The translations under genes were made by a program, and so were the position numbers. From assembly GCA_951406725.2 (NCBI GenBank), contig OX597820.1:15004001-15068000 (forward strand): a stretch of 64,000 nucleotides of DNA. Direction: 5' to 3'. The notes below the pieces were generated by a model. The model saw nothing but the letters and a program-made list of their open reading frames with translations, had not been told where the DNA came from and ran no database searches. Origin of the DNA: Octopus vulgaris (lineage: Eukaryota). Within the stretch, counting starts at the first letter, position 1, and every line of letters begins with the position of its first letter. Of the stretch, positions 41,995 through 57,340 are shown in pieces.

Positions 41995-42962
41995 GCAAGT
42001 TCCTAGGATCAAAGTGTAGGAAGTTAGTGAGCCTCAAGCAGTCCGTACAAGATATAAAAAAACAACTTTCAGGTACAATAGTGATTTATTCGTGGCAGAA
42101 GGTTGTGGATTTTTCCCGTATCGAAACACAATAAACTGACAAAAAGTTAACTTTATAGTTCATGGTTAACAACAGGGATTTTTGTGAGAATGAATATTCA
42201 GAAATTAGGGGATGGGTAAATAAAATCCAGGCTTCATAGCTAGCCGAACCTCGGAAGTAATAATTATCCAAGCGAGGGATAGACCGGAAGCTACTCTTTA
42301 GGCCAAGGATACTTTGATTGTTTATATTGTAGGCGTAGGAGTGGCTGTGTGGTAAGTAGCTTGCTTACCAACCACATGGTTCAGGGTTCAGTCCCACTGT
42401 GTGGCACCTTGGGCAAGTGTTTTCTACTGTAGCCTCGGGCTGACCAAAGCCTTGTGAGTGGACTTGGTAGACGGAAACTGAAAGAAGCCCGTCGTATATA
42501 TGTATATATATGTATATATGTATGTGTGTGTATATATGTTTGTGTGTCTGTGTTTGTCCCCCCCCACACACACACACAACATGTTTGACAACTAATGCTG
42601 GTGTGTTTACTTCCCCGTAACTTAGCGGTTCGGCAAAAGAGACCGATAGAATAAGTACTAGGCTTACAAAGAATAAGTCCTGGGATCGATTTGCTCGACT
42701 AAAGGCGGTGCTCCAGCATGGCCACAGTTGAATAACAGAAACAAGTAAAGGGTATAGTCGTTAGTGATCCCGTGTTAACTCGTTAGGGGCTCGATCGAAA
42801 TGCGTAGAAAGTAGTCTTTGAGTGTATATACACTCAAAGACTTCTATACAGTAATCCCTCGTCATATCGCGGTTTATTATTTACGTTTACGCCGATTCCT
42901 CCGTGATGTGGTTTCGCATATATAAGAGAAATATATACAAATATATACAGTACTCTAGAGTA

Positions 42963-43328
42963 AAGATTATTTGCCAACATAACGTGGCAGTCGAATGTTA
43001 CTGTTATTTAGCCCCAGGAAACATCGTCCCCAGCTGGCTATACGACACACTATGTGTGTCCTTATATATTCGAACAAGGGAGTTTAGCATCCCCACTCAG
43101 TATAAAACAATATCTGTGTATTGCGACTTCAGGGTTATTTTCCTTCATCAGCACAGAATAACCCAGAAATCGCGATACACAGATGTTGTTTTGTGCTGAG
43201 TGGGGGTGCTAAACTCCTTTGTTCGAAAATATAAGGACACAGATAGGGATTCGTATAGCCAGCTGGAGACGATGTTTCGTAACGTTCAAGTAACATTCAA
43301 CTGCCACGTTATGTTGGTAAATAATCCT
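42963..43328. repeat. Long imperfect palindrome (arms about 170 bp) with hammerhead motif at its centre (43114-43156, minus)
   Basis: Minus strand CTGTG-CTGATGA-AGG..CCT-GAAG-TCGCAA-TA-CACAG; the opposite arm keeps the intact GAAA-TCGCGA-TA-CACAG half. Confidence 0.8.
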
Positions 43329-44169
43329 AACTATATATATATAGGAGTGGCTGTGTGGTAAGTAGCTTGCTTACCGACCACATGGTTCTGGGCTCAGTTC
43401 CACTGCGTGGCACCTTGGGCAAGTGTCTTCTAGTATAGCCTCGAGCCGACCAAAGCCTTGTGAGTGGATTTGGTAGACGGAAACTGAAAGAAGCCCCTCG
43501 TATTTATGTATATATATATATGTATGTGTGTGTGTATGTGTGTGCATATGTTTGCGTGTCTGTGTTTGTCCCCCCAGCATTGCTTCAAAACTGATGCTGG
43601 TGTGTTTACGTCCCCATAACTTAGCGGTTTGGCAAAAGAAACCGATAGAATAAGTACTATGCTTGCAAAGAATAAGTCCTGGTGTCGATTTGCTCGACTA
43701 AAGGCGGTGCTCCAGCATGGCTGCAGTCATATCATTAAAACAAGTAAAAGCAAAACGCCCCCCCCCCCCGTCCAATGGACGGTGCTGAGTTGTCAAACAT
43801 TTACACCAAATTTTCTCAAAACAACTTGTCCGACCGTCCCATGGGCCTCCACTTTGAGAAACACTAATTTAACCTAAATTTGAGACACCAGCAAAAGAAG
43901 AAATAAAGATAGACTTTTTTTTCTATTCCAAAGAAAAATTATTTTATTCACACAAATATGCAACCGAAGAGTTTAAAGTACCAGTAATGATAAGGTTGTT
44001 GACTGGGAGAACACAAACATGGTTTAAATAGTAAGCTTGGGAGGGAAGAAACGTGGCTTTAAGCAGTACAAAAACAACAAAAAATGGAAGGTGCAGTTAT
44101 GTACAGGTTGACGAAAGAAAAGCAGGACAAAAACGGCTTTATCGATTGCATTCTCACCTGGAATCGATT

Positions 44170-44567
44170 TTTGTATTTTTTTCAAGACTTATACACGCCC
44201 TGATACCATCGTTATCTACATATCAAATTTGAGCGCAATCGGATGGAAGATGCCCGAGATCCGAGAAGACACACACACAGATAGACAACGGATTTTATAT
44301 AAGATATAAATATATATATATATATATATATATCTTATATAAAATAGTAAACTTATTATTGGGTTACTTCTGAAAACTTTATCCAAAAATCTTGAAAGCG
44401 TAACCCATGTTGTGTCTGTGTCCAAAGATAGTCTTTCGTCTGTTAATCATTGAAAAGTGAAGGAAATTGGAATACGATGATTACTTAATGCACTTTATAT
44501 ATACACTTTATATATACACATTATATATTGATATTTTATGCACAATTTTACAGAATTAATGCATAAC

Positions 44568-44604
<37 letters not shown>

Positions 44605-45009
44605 TTCTCTCTCACTCTTTGCCTTGTCCTCTTTTTCTCTCCTTTTTCTTTCACTCTTCGCCTTTCTCTTCAACTAATCACGTGAAAGCTTTACAGACGA
44701 GCTAAGAAGTAACGGAGAAAAAAATAGTTTTAAAAAATTATACATTTCACTCACCAATGCCTCTCCCTCTCCCTCCCATTCCTCCCCGCTCGCCTCTCCC
44801 TCCCATCTCCCCCTTCAACAAAGCATGTGAAAGTATTACAGACGAACTAAGTAACGGAGAAAAAGAAATACTTAGTTTTAAAATGTCATACATTTCGCTC
44901 ACCACCGCCTCTTCCTCTACCTCCCCTCTCTCCCTTTTAACTAATCAACGTGGAAGCGTTACTGACGGCCTAAGTAACGGAGTGACAAACAGAATTATTA
45001 TAAATGGAT
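44170..45009 (-). mobile_element. Helitron-like fragments (5' ends near 44305 and 45009); the second has about 2.5 internal tandem repeats of roughly 130-145 bp
   Basis: TCTTATATAAAATCCGTTGTCTATCTGTG..CCGATTGCGCTCAAATTTG type 5' end; repeat unit CGTGAAAGC..ACAGACGA.CTAAGTAACGGAG. Confidence 0.5.
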
Positions 45010-45104
45010 AATGTGATTGGATACCAATATGTTATCATTCCTGAATCTCCCCAAAATCCAAGGAGAAAGGATTATCGTTGTTAAAGTAACAGAACAACTT
45101 TTCT

Positions 45105-45188
<84 letters not shown>

Positions 45189-45580
45189 TTAGTGTTTGCG
45201 TGGCTGTGTATGTGTACTTGGAGACAGGAGAATTTTTCTGATTATATCTTTTATCTCTTGCTTGTTCCAGATACCAGACTGCGGCCATGCTGGGGCACCG
45301 CCTTGAACGTTTAGTCGAATGAATGAATCGACCCCGGTACTTTTCTTTCAAGTCTGGTATTTTTTCTATCGAGCTCTATTGCCGAACCGCTAAGTTACGG
45401 GGACGCAAATAAACCAACACCGGTTGTCAAGTAGTAGAGAGACAAACACAGACATAAAGAAATACATAAATATACATACATACACACATACATACATATA
45501 TATGGATAGATAGATTCACATACGCATAAATATATGCATGTGTATGTATGTATCTATCAATCAATCTATCTATCTATCTA

Positions 45581-45626
<46 letters not shown>

Positions 45627-45728
45627 TAAAAAGTTAATCCAAACAAGAAAACAAAAAAACACAACAACGCAAGGACGTGGAACAAATAAAGTATTATTGG
45701 ACGCTCAGGAGAGAAGGGAAGAAGGAGG

Positions 45729-45763
45729 GTTTAACGTTTCGAGCAGAGCTCTTCGTCGGAAAC
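45729..45763 (-). ncRNA. Minimal hammerhead motif (U4C variant) in a (TA)n-flanked element (about 45628-45803)
   Basis: GTTT-CCGACGA-A-GAGC(TCT)GCTC-GAAA-CG-TT-AAAC. Confidence 0.68.
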
Positions 45764-45830
45764 ATAGGTGAAGGAAATATCCCGAGAATGGAAGACAGAG
45801 GAATATATATACATATATACATATATACAT

Positions 45831-45861
<31 letters not shown>

Positions 45862-45934
45862 AACAAAATTTTATTTGATGCATTTAAATACTTAATCCAG
45901 TGATAGATAGATAGATAGAGATAGAGAGAGAGAC

Positions 45935-45965
<31 letters not shown>

Positions 45966-46857
45966 GACACACAAAGAGAGAGAGAGAAAGAGTGAGATGG
46001 CGATGTGCATCTACAGTGTTATTTGTCGCAACTTTGCAACTTATACACAAATATAACACAACAGTAAGTGTTATAATATCGGATATTACAATACAATATT
46101 ATGTTATGTTATATTGAAATGATTAAAGATTGGAACTATGGAGTAAGTCATTTTATCGTATGGATTCTTTCCTCTGTATTCGGTGTTCAAATCCTGGCCA
46201 TATTGACTTTGCTCTCCCGTTCGTTAAAAATACAATTTACTCGTCTTATACAGAAACTGTGGCGTCGTATGCTACGTAGAAAATAATCATTATTTGATTA
46301 CACTTTCTTATATTATCGTTCATTACAGTTACTATATTTAAACTTCTGTTAAACTGCAGCGTCATAAATTTGGTGATCAATGTGAAAAAAATGTACAAAG
46401 AACGAAAAAATAAACACAAAGATCACAGAAAGAAGGAAAGACTGTAAGAAAGGAAGAAATTACGTGGTGAAAGAAGAGAGAATATTTTAAAAGTCAAGAT
46501 AACTGTAATACTGGATTCTCTCTCTTTCACTTTCTTTCTTTCATTCTTTCTCTTTGTCTCCAACTCTCGTTTTTTACTTCCGCTATGTCGTCCCATTCTC
46601 AAATTAGCTACAAATATTTAAAAATTCCCAGCTATTTTATTTCTCTATGGCACTTGTGTATTTTTTTCCCCCTTCCTCTTACATTCTCGGAATTTATTCG
46701 GACGCGTTTTCTTTTTATTTCGAACGCAAATGTATGTTAGTTGGCGCTTGCGTTAAATACGTCATGGCGGCCAGGAGTCGTCGACGAAACAATATAATGG
46801 TGTCGTATAATTTTACTCACGTTGTTGTTATTGGGAAGTACAGCTAATGCAAAACAA

Positions 46858-46911
<54 letters not shown>

Positions 46912-47278
46912 TACATATATACACACACACATATATGCATATTAACACAACCACGTAAATATGTACGTAGGCAAGTATGCATATGTGTTTTGAATATTTC
47001 CTATGTGTATATGTATGTACGTACGCTATAGACACGAACTTATGTCCATATGAATTCTATACGTATGTGTTTATCCCGGGGCTGAGGAATATATAAGCGT
47101 TTATTGTTTATACCACATAAATGCAAATATATGTGTGTGTGTGTGCAGAAGAAATTGAGAATTTGTGTTTACTTCCATCCATACATACATATATATACAC
47201 ACACACACGTGTGTGTATGCATTTATGCATATGTACGAACACATTCATATACATCGGTGAATGTGTTGTATGTGTGTG

Positions 47279-47316
<38 letters not shown>

Positions 47317-47409
47317 TATAGATTATGTATATATATATATATACTTATATAAAGACATATATGTGTGTGTGTGTATGATATGCATGTATGTATATATATA
47401 TACATATAC

Positions 47410-47502
<93 letters not shown>

Positions 47503-48959
47503 ACATACGCACACATGTATAGGTGCACACATAAATACGCGTCTAAATCTATATCAATATATAAATCCATTAATCCTGCGCACACCATCACGAACTTTCG
47601 CATATAGACATATAAACACATAAAGCGTACTTTCATACATATGAATACACACACACACACGTGCATACATTCTATATATGCGTATGTGTGTGTATAGAAA
47701 GAGATACGTACACGCATACATACATAAACGCATACATACACACGCGCATACATACATACATGAAATATTTTTTCAGTGTCGTAAAATATAATAAACTTCA
47801 AGTTATTTTGCTAAACTACACTTTCTTTCTCTTTCTCTCTTTCTCTTTCTCTCTCCCTTTCTCGCTCTTTCTCTGTCTCTTTAAATATCTTTCTTTTACT
47901 CTCTCTCTCTCCCATACTTCTCTCTTCCTTTACTCTTTTCTATCAATATTTTCAGGTTTTTATTTCTGTTTTCGTTTCATTTCAAGAAATAAATGGGAGG
48001 CGGACATCGGAGGTGGAGCAATGGAAGATATAAATAACATTATTGAACGCCAAATATGGCAGCTTTTCCAAGAATCTTTGTCAGTGAGACTAACATTATC
48101 GACGAATGTCCATTACCATCGGCGTTTATTGTTAGTGTAATAGTGCGGAAATGGCGGTGGTGGTGGTGGTGGTGATGGCGGCAGTGGTGGTGGTGGTGGT
48201 GGTGGTTGTCGTTGGTGGTGGTGGTGGTGGCGGCGGTGGCGGGAGTGGAGTTGCTGGTGCTGGTAGGCTTTTCGTTGTTAGTTATGTGGTGGGGGTGGGG
48301 TGGAGGGATACTTCTGGGGTAGAGAGAAAGAGAGAAGAGGAAGACCGAGGGACTTAATGGAGAAGAGGAGAGAAAGGAGAAGGATAAAGAGATGATTATT
48401 ATGATGATGACGATGATGATGATGATAGACAACAACAAAACCAACAACAACGACGACGATAACGATGACGACGATGAAAAGATCTAACAGTTTCTGGATG
48501 GTTAAAGAACGGGTGTGAAAATAAAGAGAGACCAGATATGAGAAGGAAGACGGGAAAGAGGAAAAGAATAAATAAATTTAGAAAGAAAAAAAGAAAAGGA
48601 AAAAGGATTTGGAGGTGAGAATTGAAGAGAAGGCAAAGAAGCGGTAACATCAAAAGAGAAAATAGCAAGATTGGTGAAAATAAAGAAGAAAAAAAATGGA
48701 AGAAAATTAGTTGTAAAATAACAACAAAAATACGAAGAAAAATAAATAAATGAAGTTAACGAAGGAACGAACGAGAATGAAAAAGTCAGTGGGAATAATT
48801 AAACAAAAAAAAGGAAAAGAAAGAAAGAAAGGAAGGAAGGAAGGAAACAAAGAAGGAGGAGAAGGAAAATATAAAAACAGCAGGAACGAAAAAGAAAGAA
48901 GTGTGAAATGAAGATAGGGAGAGGGATTTGAAACCAAACTTTTAATTTTAAAATGTGTA

Positions 48960-48996
<37 letters not shown>

Positions 48997-49893
48997 GGGA
49001 GAGGGGGAGAGGAGAGAGAGAGAATGAAAATAGAAATTGCTAGCAAAGCTCCTCCTTCCTCTCATTATCATCATCATCGTCATCATGAAATCATGAGAGT
49101 GGGTAGAATATTAAAAAGAAAATAATGGTGGAAACGATAATAGCTAGGATGTCCTCGTTCTGAAAATTGATGCAATTAATGTTGGTTGTTAATTGTTTAG
49201 CACCAAATAATAGTCCCTATTATCGAAAACGTTCCAGCCGTGTCCAACCAACCTTATGAATCATTGATCAATGCATGTATTGAGTTCTCTTTTAGTAAAT
49301 GTTTGATGGTTTTACGTATGAAAAAACAATGTGTGTCTAAGTATATCTATCAAACTTTCCTTTTTGTGTGTGTGTGTGTAAGTATGATAGTTTTAGACAT
49401 GACGCTCTAGAATTGCATTATCGGAACTACCGACTTATTTTAAACACATCAGGGTGAAATTTGATTGAGATTTGGCTGCTATTTTGCAGAGAGGCCGACC
49501 ACACTGAAAAGCCTTCCTAAGTCCTCACAGAAGTTATAAACTAATAGAATTGATTTATATGTGTTCAATGCGTGTGGTACGAACACTCTTCGACACCGTT
49601 CCTTCCATTCCGCTCCATAATGATAATAAATAATTTTCTCTAAGGCAACAGCAATGGGAATTTCTTGCAAATTTACAACAGCCGATAGATGAAGCCTGCA
49701 GGGCGGGACAGGTGACAGATGGGAAGCCATTTTGTTTTCTAATAATACGCTGGCGAGAACTGCCAACCGAGTGGCGGCGCTAGTTTCAGGACGTCTTCAA
49801 TGACTCTTAACCTCTCGATCAATCAATCAATCAAGTATTCTCTCTCTCCCCCCTCTCTCTCTCTCTTTCTTCCATTTATTGTATATATATATA

Positions 49894-50129
49894 TAGTAAT
49901 CCCTCGACTATCGCGGGTGTTAAGTTTCTAAACCTCCCGTAATAGGTGAAAATCCGCGAAGTAGAAACAGTACTGTACTGTATATTTATCATTACTGTTT
50001 TATAATTTGTATATATTTATCTTATTATAAATGCAAAACAACACCACGGAGGAATCAATGTAAGCTTAAATAATAAACCGCGATAGGTGAACCGCGATAT
50101 GTGAGCCGCAATATGGCGAGAGATTACTG
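49894..50129. mobile_element. Tigger/pogo-like MITE (related left end at 42849)
   Basis: TIR (C/T)AGTAATCCCTCG ... CGAGAGATTACTG with TA flanks. Confidence 0.8.
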
Positions 50130-50360
50130 TATATATTATATACTTTCAGTTGTTGCAGTGACTGGACTGCGGCCATACTGAGGCACCGCCTTGAAAAGTT
50201 TTAGTCGAACAAATCAACCCCAGTACTTCCTTTTTTTTTTTTAAAGCCTGGTACTCATTCTATTGGCCTTTTTTGCCGAACCGCTAATTATATGGGGATG
50301 TAAAGAAACTAACACCGGTTATCAAGCGGTGGTAGGGATAAACGTATACACAAAGAAACG

Positions 50361-50444
<84 letters not shown>

Positions 50445-50633
50445 CGACGGGCTTCTTTCAGTTTCCATCCACCAAATCCATTCACAATGTTTCTTTTGGC
50501 CCGAGGCTATAGTAGAAGATACTTGCCCAAGGGGCCACACAGTGGGACTGAACCTGGAACTATGTGGTTGGAAAGCAAACATTTTACCACACAGCCAGAC
50601 ACAGACATAAACGTGTGTGTGTGTATGTGTGTA

Positions 50634-50713
<80 letters not shown>

Positions 50714-51219
50714 TGAGTGTCTGTGTTACGAAGCCAAAAAAGGTCAGTTCGTGTATAGCTGCATTGATTCATCGACCATGGGGATTTAAATGGCAAAGTT
50801 AACCCCGCTGGGACTTGAACTCGGGGTGCAGGAAAACGGATCTACACACGGCGTCCTACAAACTAGAGCAAACTCGAGTAATCTGTTACTTTCATTGTCT
50901 GAAATTGCTTTATGGCATGAAGTAATTAATTAATCACTTCTTAGCACATAATGAGATAAGCAGATTTAAAAAACTAAATTTTCGATTGCTTATATTGGAG
51001 CAAGGTCACGTGAATATTCAAGTAGGAGGGAACAATTAAAACGTTCGTCTGATAACTTACTCTCTCTGTATGTTACCAGGGTTTATTTAGTTTTAGTTTT
51101 ACTTCTCGTTTCTATTTACTTATCTATTTATTTATTTAATTATTATTTTTTTCTGAAATACAGCTCTTCTTTTCAATAGTGACGAAATATCTTTGATGTA
51201 TGTATAAGCGAATAAATTA

Positions 51220-51294
<75 letters not shown>

Positions 51295-51364
51295 TTTGTG
51301 TGTCTATATTAAAAAAAAACATGACGGATAATGTTTGCACAATTTATAATATATACACATATAT

Positions 51365-51501
51365 ATTTTACAAGCTTACATGATGTTATGTATACATATA
51401 TGTATGCATTTCATATATATATGTGTGTGGGCATATATATATATATGAGCAGATTCTTGGAGCACAATTTTGGGACAATTTTAAAATAAATTTAATACGT
51501 T

Positions 51502-51537
<36 letters not shown>

Positions 51538-51603
51538 ATTTTACAAGCTTACATGATGTTATGTATACATATGTGTATGCATTTCATATATATGTGTGTG
51601 GGC

Positions 51604-51635
<32 letters not shown>

Positions 51636-51712
51636 GAGCAGATTCTTAGAGCACAATTTTGGGACAATTTTAAAATAAATTTAGTACGTTTATGTGTGTG
51701 TGTGTGTGTGTG
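51365..51712. repeat. Local tandem duplication of about 170 bp
   Basis: ATTTTACAAGCTTACATGATG...GCACAATTTTGGGACAATTTT occurs twice, bounded by (TG)n. Confidence 0.85.
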
Positions 51713-51824
51713 TTCGTGAGTTTAATAAACAAGTATATAAACCACGTTTTGTAAATAGACTGTAAGTTAAGTGCATGACACCTTCAACAAAACGATGTGA
51801 AGAACATGCTCATCAAATATCGGT

Positions 51825-51877
<53 letters not shown>

Positions 51878-52058
51878 TACATACACACGCACACATGCGC
51901 ATATAGATGTTAGAATAGAATAGTTTGAAAGCCATATTGTGAAATAAAAGGATTAAATTTGCTTTAGAAAGCCATTACAATATGAGTTGGAAATAAAAGA
52001 ACTGATAACGAAAGTAAAGTAACTGAATCACGGTTCGTTATTTTACTTTGTCCTTATA

Positions 52059-52199
52059 TTAGGTTGTCCCAAAAGTTCGTAAACACTTGCGAAAATTGAT
52101 TTTTTACTCGCCAAGTACTAACAAAAACAACAAAAATTATTCCTCAAAATAAAGAGCATTATTTTCCAAGACTTTCTACGAAATTTTGGGACAACCTTA
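52059..52199. mobile_element. Tc1/mariner-type MITE
   Basis: AGGTTGTCCCAAAAGTTCGT ... ACGAAATTTTGGGACAACCT with TA flanks. Confidence 0.8.
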
Positions 52200-52403
52200 T
52201 ATTTCAATAATTCGGGTTTAAAAACCCTTTATCAAGAAAAAATTCGAGGACGATAACGAACTAATGTCTTTTGAGCATATATGGGTGTGTACGTATTCGT
52301 ATGACGGATATTTGTTTTCTGCTTCGAGTTTGTTGTTTGATCGCGCATAGGGCCTTCTCTTCACACACACACACACATATAAGTCAGTGCGTATATGTGT
52401 GTG

Positions 52404-52466
<63 letters not shown>

Positions 52467-52663
52467 ACACACACTCTACATATGTGGATACGATATATGA
52501 TGTTGCTATATATTATATATACAGTTAAGCACGCATCTATCTCTCTCCGTATCTCTTTTGCTCTCTCTGTATATACATGTATATATGTATATGTCTTTAT
52601 ACATACATGTATAACATATATTAAGCATATCTTTATACTTATATATGTATATATATGCATATG

Positions 52664-52694
<31 letters not shown>

Positions 52695-52701
52695 AAATGT
52701 G

Positions 52702-52745
<44 letters not shown>

Positions 52746-54275
52746 TATATATATATATATATAGGTTAATGAGTGTGTATTGTTTTGTATATTCAGACGT
52801 AAATGAATATATAAGTTAACAAGCATCACGACAATAGGATATAAATTAGCTTTTCAGGGGCAGTTAACTGTGTCGTTAAGTGAAGCACTTAACTGTATTT
52901 GGATTGCTTCCCGGTTTGTATCGATCTTGAAAACACAATGAAAGGGATTTCTTCTAAACTGATTAAAAACAACATTTATTTTCATTTGATTTATCTGATT
53001 ATTTTCAACTGTATACAATCTCAAATTTTGTTGATGAAAGTCCAATCAAATGGCTAGATTATTTTCATATCATTGGTATTTAATCAATCGATACTGAAAT
53101 TTGATGAGGGACAAACCTTTTTACGACGGAATTCGATCCTAAAGTAGTGAGTTTTCAAATTAGTTATTACACTAATTTATTGCATCTACCATTCCTGAAT
53201 TTGTATAAAAATCCACGGTGGAGGTGCGTGGCCTAGTGGTTAGAGTATTGCACTTACAATTGCTCGATCGTGGTTTCAATTTCCGGACGTTGTATTCTTT
53301 AGCAAAACACGATATTTCACGTTGCGACAGGATGGCGTCATGTTTCTGGTGCGGAGTTGTTGTTGTCTCAGTCACCTGTACGCCATGCAAACCGGGTAAC
53401 CGGCGTTATGGGCTCATGGACTCGAGGCAGAAATGCCCAAAGGATGTTGTTGTTGTCGATGATGACCAGTGGTTCTCAGCCATTTTTTTATTTGTGAGCC
53501 CCTTTGATTTCTGTTTTACTCGGGTGGACCCTCTTGGCCATTCAATGCTTTAAAAAATACATTTTTATAATCAAATATATAACGAATTATTCTTTTATTT
53601 TTTTATTGTTTTACTTGCTTCAGTCATTTGACTGCAGCCATGCTGGAGCACCGCCTTAAAGGGATTTAAGTCGAAGAAATCAACTCCAGGGCTATCTTTT
53701 TAAGCCTAGTACTTATTCTCTCGGTTTCTTTTGCCGAACTGCTGTGCTGGGATGTAAACACACCAACATCGGTTATCAAGCGATGGTGGTGGTAAGGGCA
53801 AACACAGACACACGCGCACATAAATAGACACATACATATATGTATATATATTCTTTTACTCTTTTACTTGTTTCAGTCATTTGACTGCGGCCATGCTGGA
53901 GCACCGCTTTTATAGTCGAGCAAATCGCCTCCAGAGCTTATTCTTTGTAAGTCTAGTACTTATTCTATCGGTCTCTTTTGCCGAACTGCTAAGTTACGGG
54001 GACGTAAACACACCAGCATCGGTTGTCAAGCGATGCTGGGTGGGGGGCAAACAGACGCAAAAACATACACACAAACACACGCACACAGACACACACACAC
54101 GCACACACACACACATATATATACATATACGACGGGCTTCTTCCAGTTTCCATCTACCAAATCCACACAGAAGGCTTTGGTCGGCCCGAGGCTATAGTAG
54201 AAGACACTTGCTCAAGGACTGAACCCGGGACCATGTTGTTGGTAAGCAAGCTACTTACCACACAGCCACTCCTTC

Positions 54276-54319
<44 letters not shown>

Positions 54320-54913
54320 TGCAGGCTTCTTTCAGTTTCCGTCAACCAAATCCACTCACAAGGCTTTGGGCGGCCTGAGGTTTTAGTAGACGCCACTTGC
54401 CCAAGGTGCCACGCAACGGGACTTAACTTAAAACTATAAAACAATATTGTTAAAATATTTTGTGTATTGTGGAAGTATAACAGATTTATTGCAGATAAAT
54501 TTTAACCATATAATCTTATATGGACCTTCCCCAAAGGATATGTGGACCCTCGTCGAGAACCACTGAGGATGATGACGATGTAAACCGAACGTTGAGGGGC
54601 TGGTAACATAAAGTGGAATTCATCTTCTTGTGTACTACGTTTATGAACAATGGTTTGATTGGCAGCAATTGGCGTACATGACCACTAAATTCGCGACCCA
54701 ACGAGAGAACACCCGTTAAAGGTTCGTTGTAGCTGCTTGATATAGCAGTTAAGTTTTCATTAAATTACACTTTAGTCTCTTAAAGAACGAATAAAGGATA
54801 TATTTGATCAATGTTTCTTTTAACAAGATTCGATGATTGGGAAAAGGGGAAAGCAAACTGCCATGTTTTAAACTTTGTCAATCACTATAGTGAAGAAAGA
54901 AAAACAATACTGT

Positions 54914-55491
54914 TTTCTACTTTAGGCACAAGGCCCGAAATTTTTGCGGAGGGAGCCAGTCGATTGGAACGATCTGAGTGCGCAACTGGTACTTAATTTA
55001 TCGTCCCCGAAAGGATAAAAGGCAAAGTCGACCACGGCGGAATTTGAACTCAGAACGTAAAGACAGATAAATACCTATTTATTTACTACCCACAAGGGGC
55101 TAAACGCAGAGAGGACAAACAAAGACAGACAAACAGATTAAGTCGATTACATCGACCCCAGTGCGTAACTGGTACTTATTTAATCGACCCCGAAAGGATG
55201 AAAGGCAAAGTCGGCCATGGAGGAATTTGAACTCAGAACGTAAAGACAGACGAAATACCTATTTATTTACTACCCACAAGGGGCTAAACGCAGAGAGGAC
55301 AAACAAAGACAGACAAACAGATTAAGTCGATTACATCGACCCCAGTGCGTAACTGGTACTTATTTAATCGACCCCGAAAGGATGAAAGGCAAAGTCGGCC
55401 ATGGAGGAATTTGAACTCAGAACGTAGCGGCAGACGAAATACTGCTAAGCATTTCGCCCGGCGTGCTAACGTGTCTGCCAGCTCGCCTCCT
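54914..55491 (-). repeat. Three-unit SINE family A concatemer (two near-identical tail-B units plus terminal tail-A unit)
   Basis: Period 184 bp (55071 to 55255). Confidence 0.9.
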
Positions 55492-55781
55492 TGAAAGAAA
55501 AACAATATTAGTTACAGGTGTCAATCACTGTAGCAAAGAAAAAAAAACATTCAATGGAAGTCTGACCAATTTTATCTTTCCTTGATAAAAGGAATGTTGA
55601 CAAAAAGTTTCATTAATACAGGCGCAGGTGTGGCTGTTTGGTAAGTAGCATGGTTCCGGGTTCAGTTCCACTGCGTAGCACCTTGGGCAAGTGTCTTCTA
55701 CTAAAACCTCGGACCGACTAAAGCCTTGTGAGTGGATTTGGTAGACGGAAACTGAAACAAGTCCGTCGTATATATGTGTGC

Positions 55782-55858
<77 letters not shown>

Positions 55859-56478
55859 GTTCCTCCACCATCGCTTGACAACCGATGTTGGTGTGTTTAA
55901 GTCCCCGTAGGCTAGCGGTTCGGCAAATTGAGACCGATAGAATAAGTACTAAGCTTACAAAGAATAAGTCCCGGGGTCGATTTGCTCGACTAAAACCCAT
56001 TAAGGTGGTGCTCCAGTATGGCCGTAGTCAAATGACTGAAACAAGTAAAAGAATAAAAGAATAATTTATTTTTACGCGGAAGAGCATCGCATTTGTCAGT
56101 TTGTGGGACTCGGCACTAAATAATGTAATCTCATTAAGATCGCGACTTAGAACGCCTTTCATCATCGGCTGTGTGCATAAGCTAGGCATAGCTAGAATTT
56201 AAAGGACAACCAAACCAGCAACAGGTCATTTGAGTCGCTTAAATCTTTGAGAAAAGCATAAACGGACCATGATGTCATGTTGTTCTCACACAGGACTTAG
56301 TTCGTCTGTTAGAGACTTAGTTCATCTGTTATTACGTAACCGGGATCTGTTCTCTGTTTTGTGAATACAACTATAGAAGTTTCCCTTCGTATATAACCGG
56401 TATTTAATTCTCTCACAGACGGACACAACAAACGACGCCTGAGTATCAACCCATTGCTCGCACACACACAAACACATA

Positions 56479-57076
56479 CCTATTTCTTTACTGCCCACAA
56501 GGGGCTAAACGCAGAGGGGACAAACAAGGACAGACAAACGGATTAAGTCGATTATATCGCCCCCAGTGCGTAACTGGTACTTAATTTATCGACCACGAAA
56601 GGATGAAAGTCAAAGTCGACCTCGGCGGAATTTGAACTCAGAACCTAAAGGCAGACGAAATACCTGTTTTTTTACTACCCACAATGGGCTAAACACAGAG
56701 AGGACAAACAAGGACAGACAAATGGATTAAGTCGATTATATCGACCCCAGCGCGTAACTGGTACTTAATTTATCGACCACGAAAGGATGAAAGGCAAAGT
56801 CGACGTCGGCGGAATTTGAACTCAGAACGTAACGGCAGACGAAATACTCATTTCTTTACTACTCACAATGGGCTAAACACAGAGAGGACAAACAAGGACA
56901 GACAAACGGATTAAGTCGATTGTATCGACTCCAGTGCGTAACTGGTACTTAATTTATCGACCACGAAAGAATTAAAGGCAAAGTCGTCCTCGGCGGAATT
57001 TGAACTCAGAACGTAACGGCAGAGGAAATATGGCTACGCATTTCGCCCGGCGTGCTAACGTTTCTGCCAGCTCGCC
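56479..57076 (-). repeat. Three-unit SINE family A concatemer, all tail B
   Basis: Period 184 bp (56479, 56663, 56847); GGTAT(G) on both flanks in element orientation (candidate TSD). Confidence 0.9.
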
Positions 57077-57309
57077 ATACCAGCGCACACACACGTCTTA
57101 TTAAGCGAATGAAAAGGAAAATGAGTCAACATACAATTCAGTCGTTGTGATGAAATATAATTGGTGTTACAGGGATGTGCAGATAATCACGATAAACCGA
57201 CGAAACGTCGTATTTGACAAGTGTAATTGAAACAGGCAGGGCGGAATAGGGTAACGTGAAGGAGGCGTCTAACAGGGGATGGAAGCACGCACGCACACAC
57301 ACACACACG

Positions 57310-57340
<31 letters not shown>

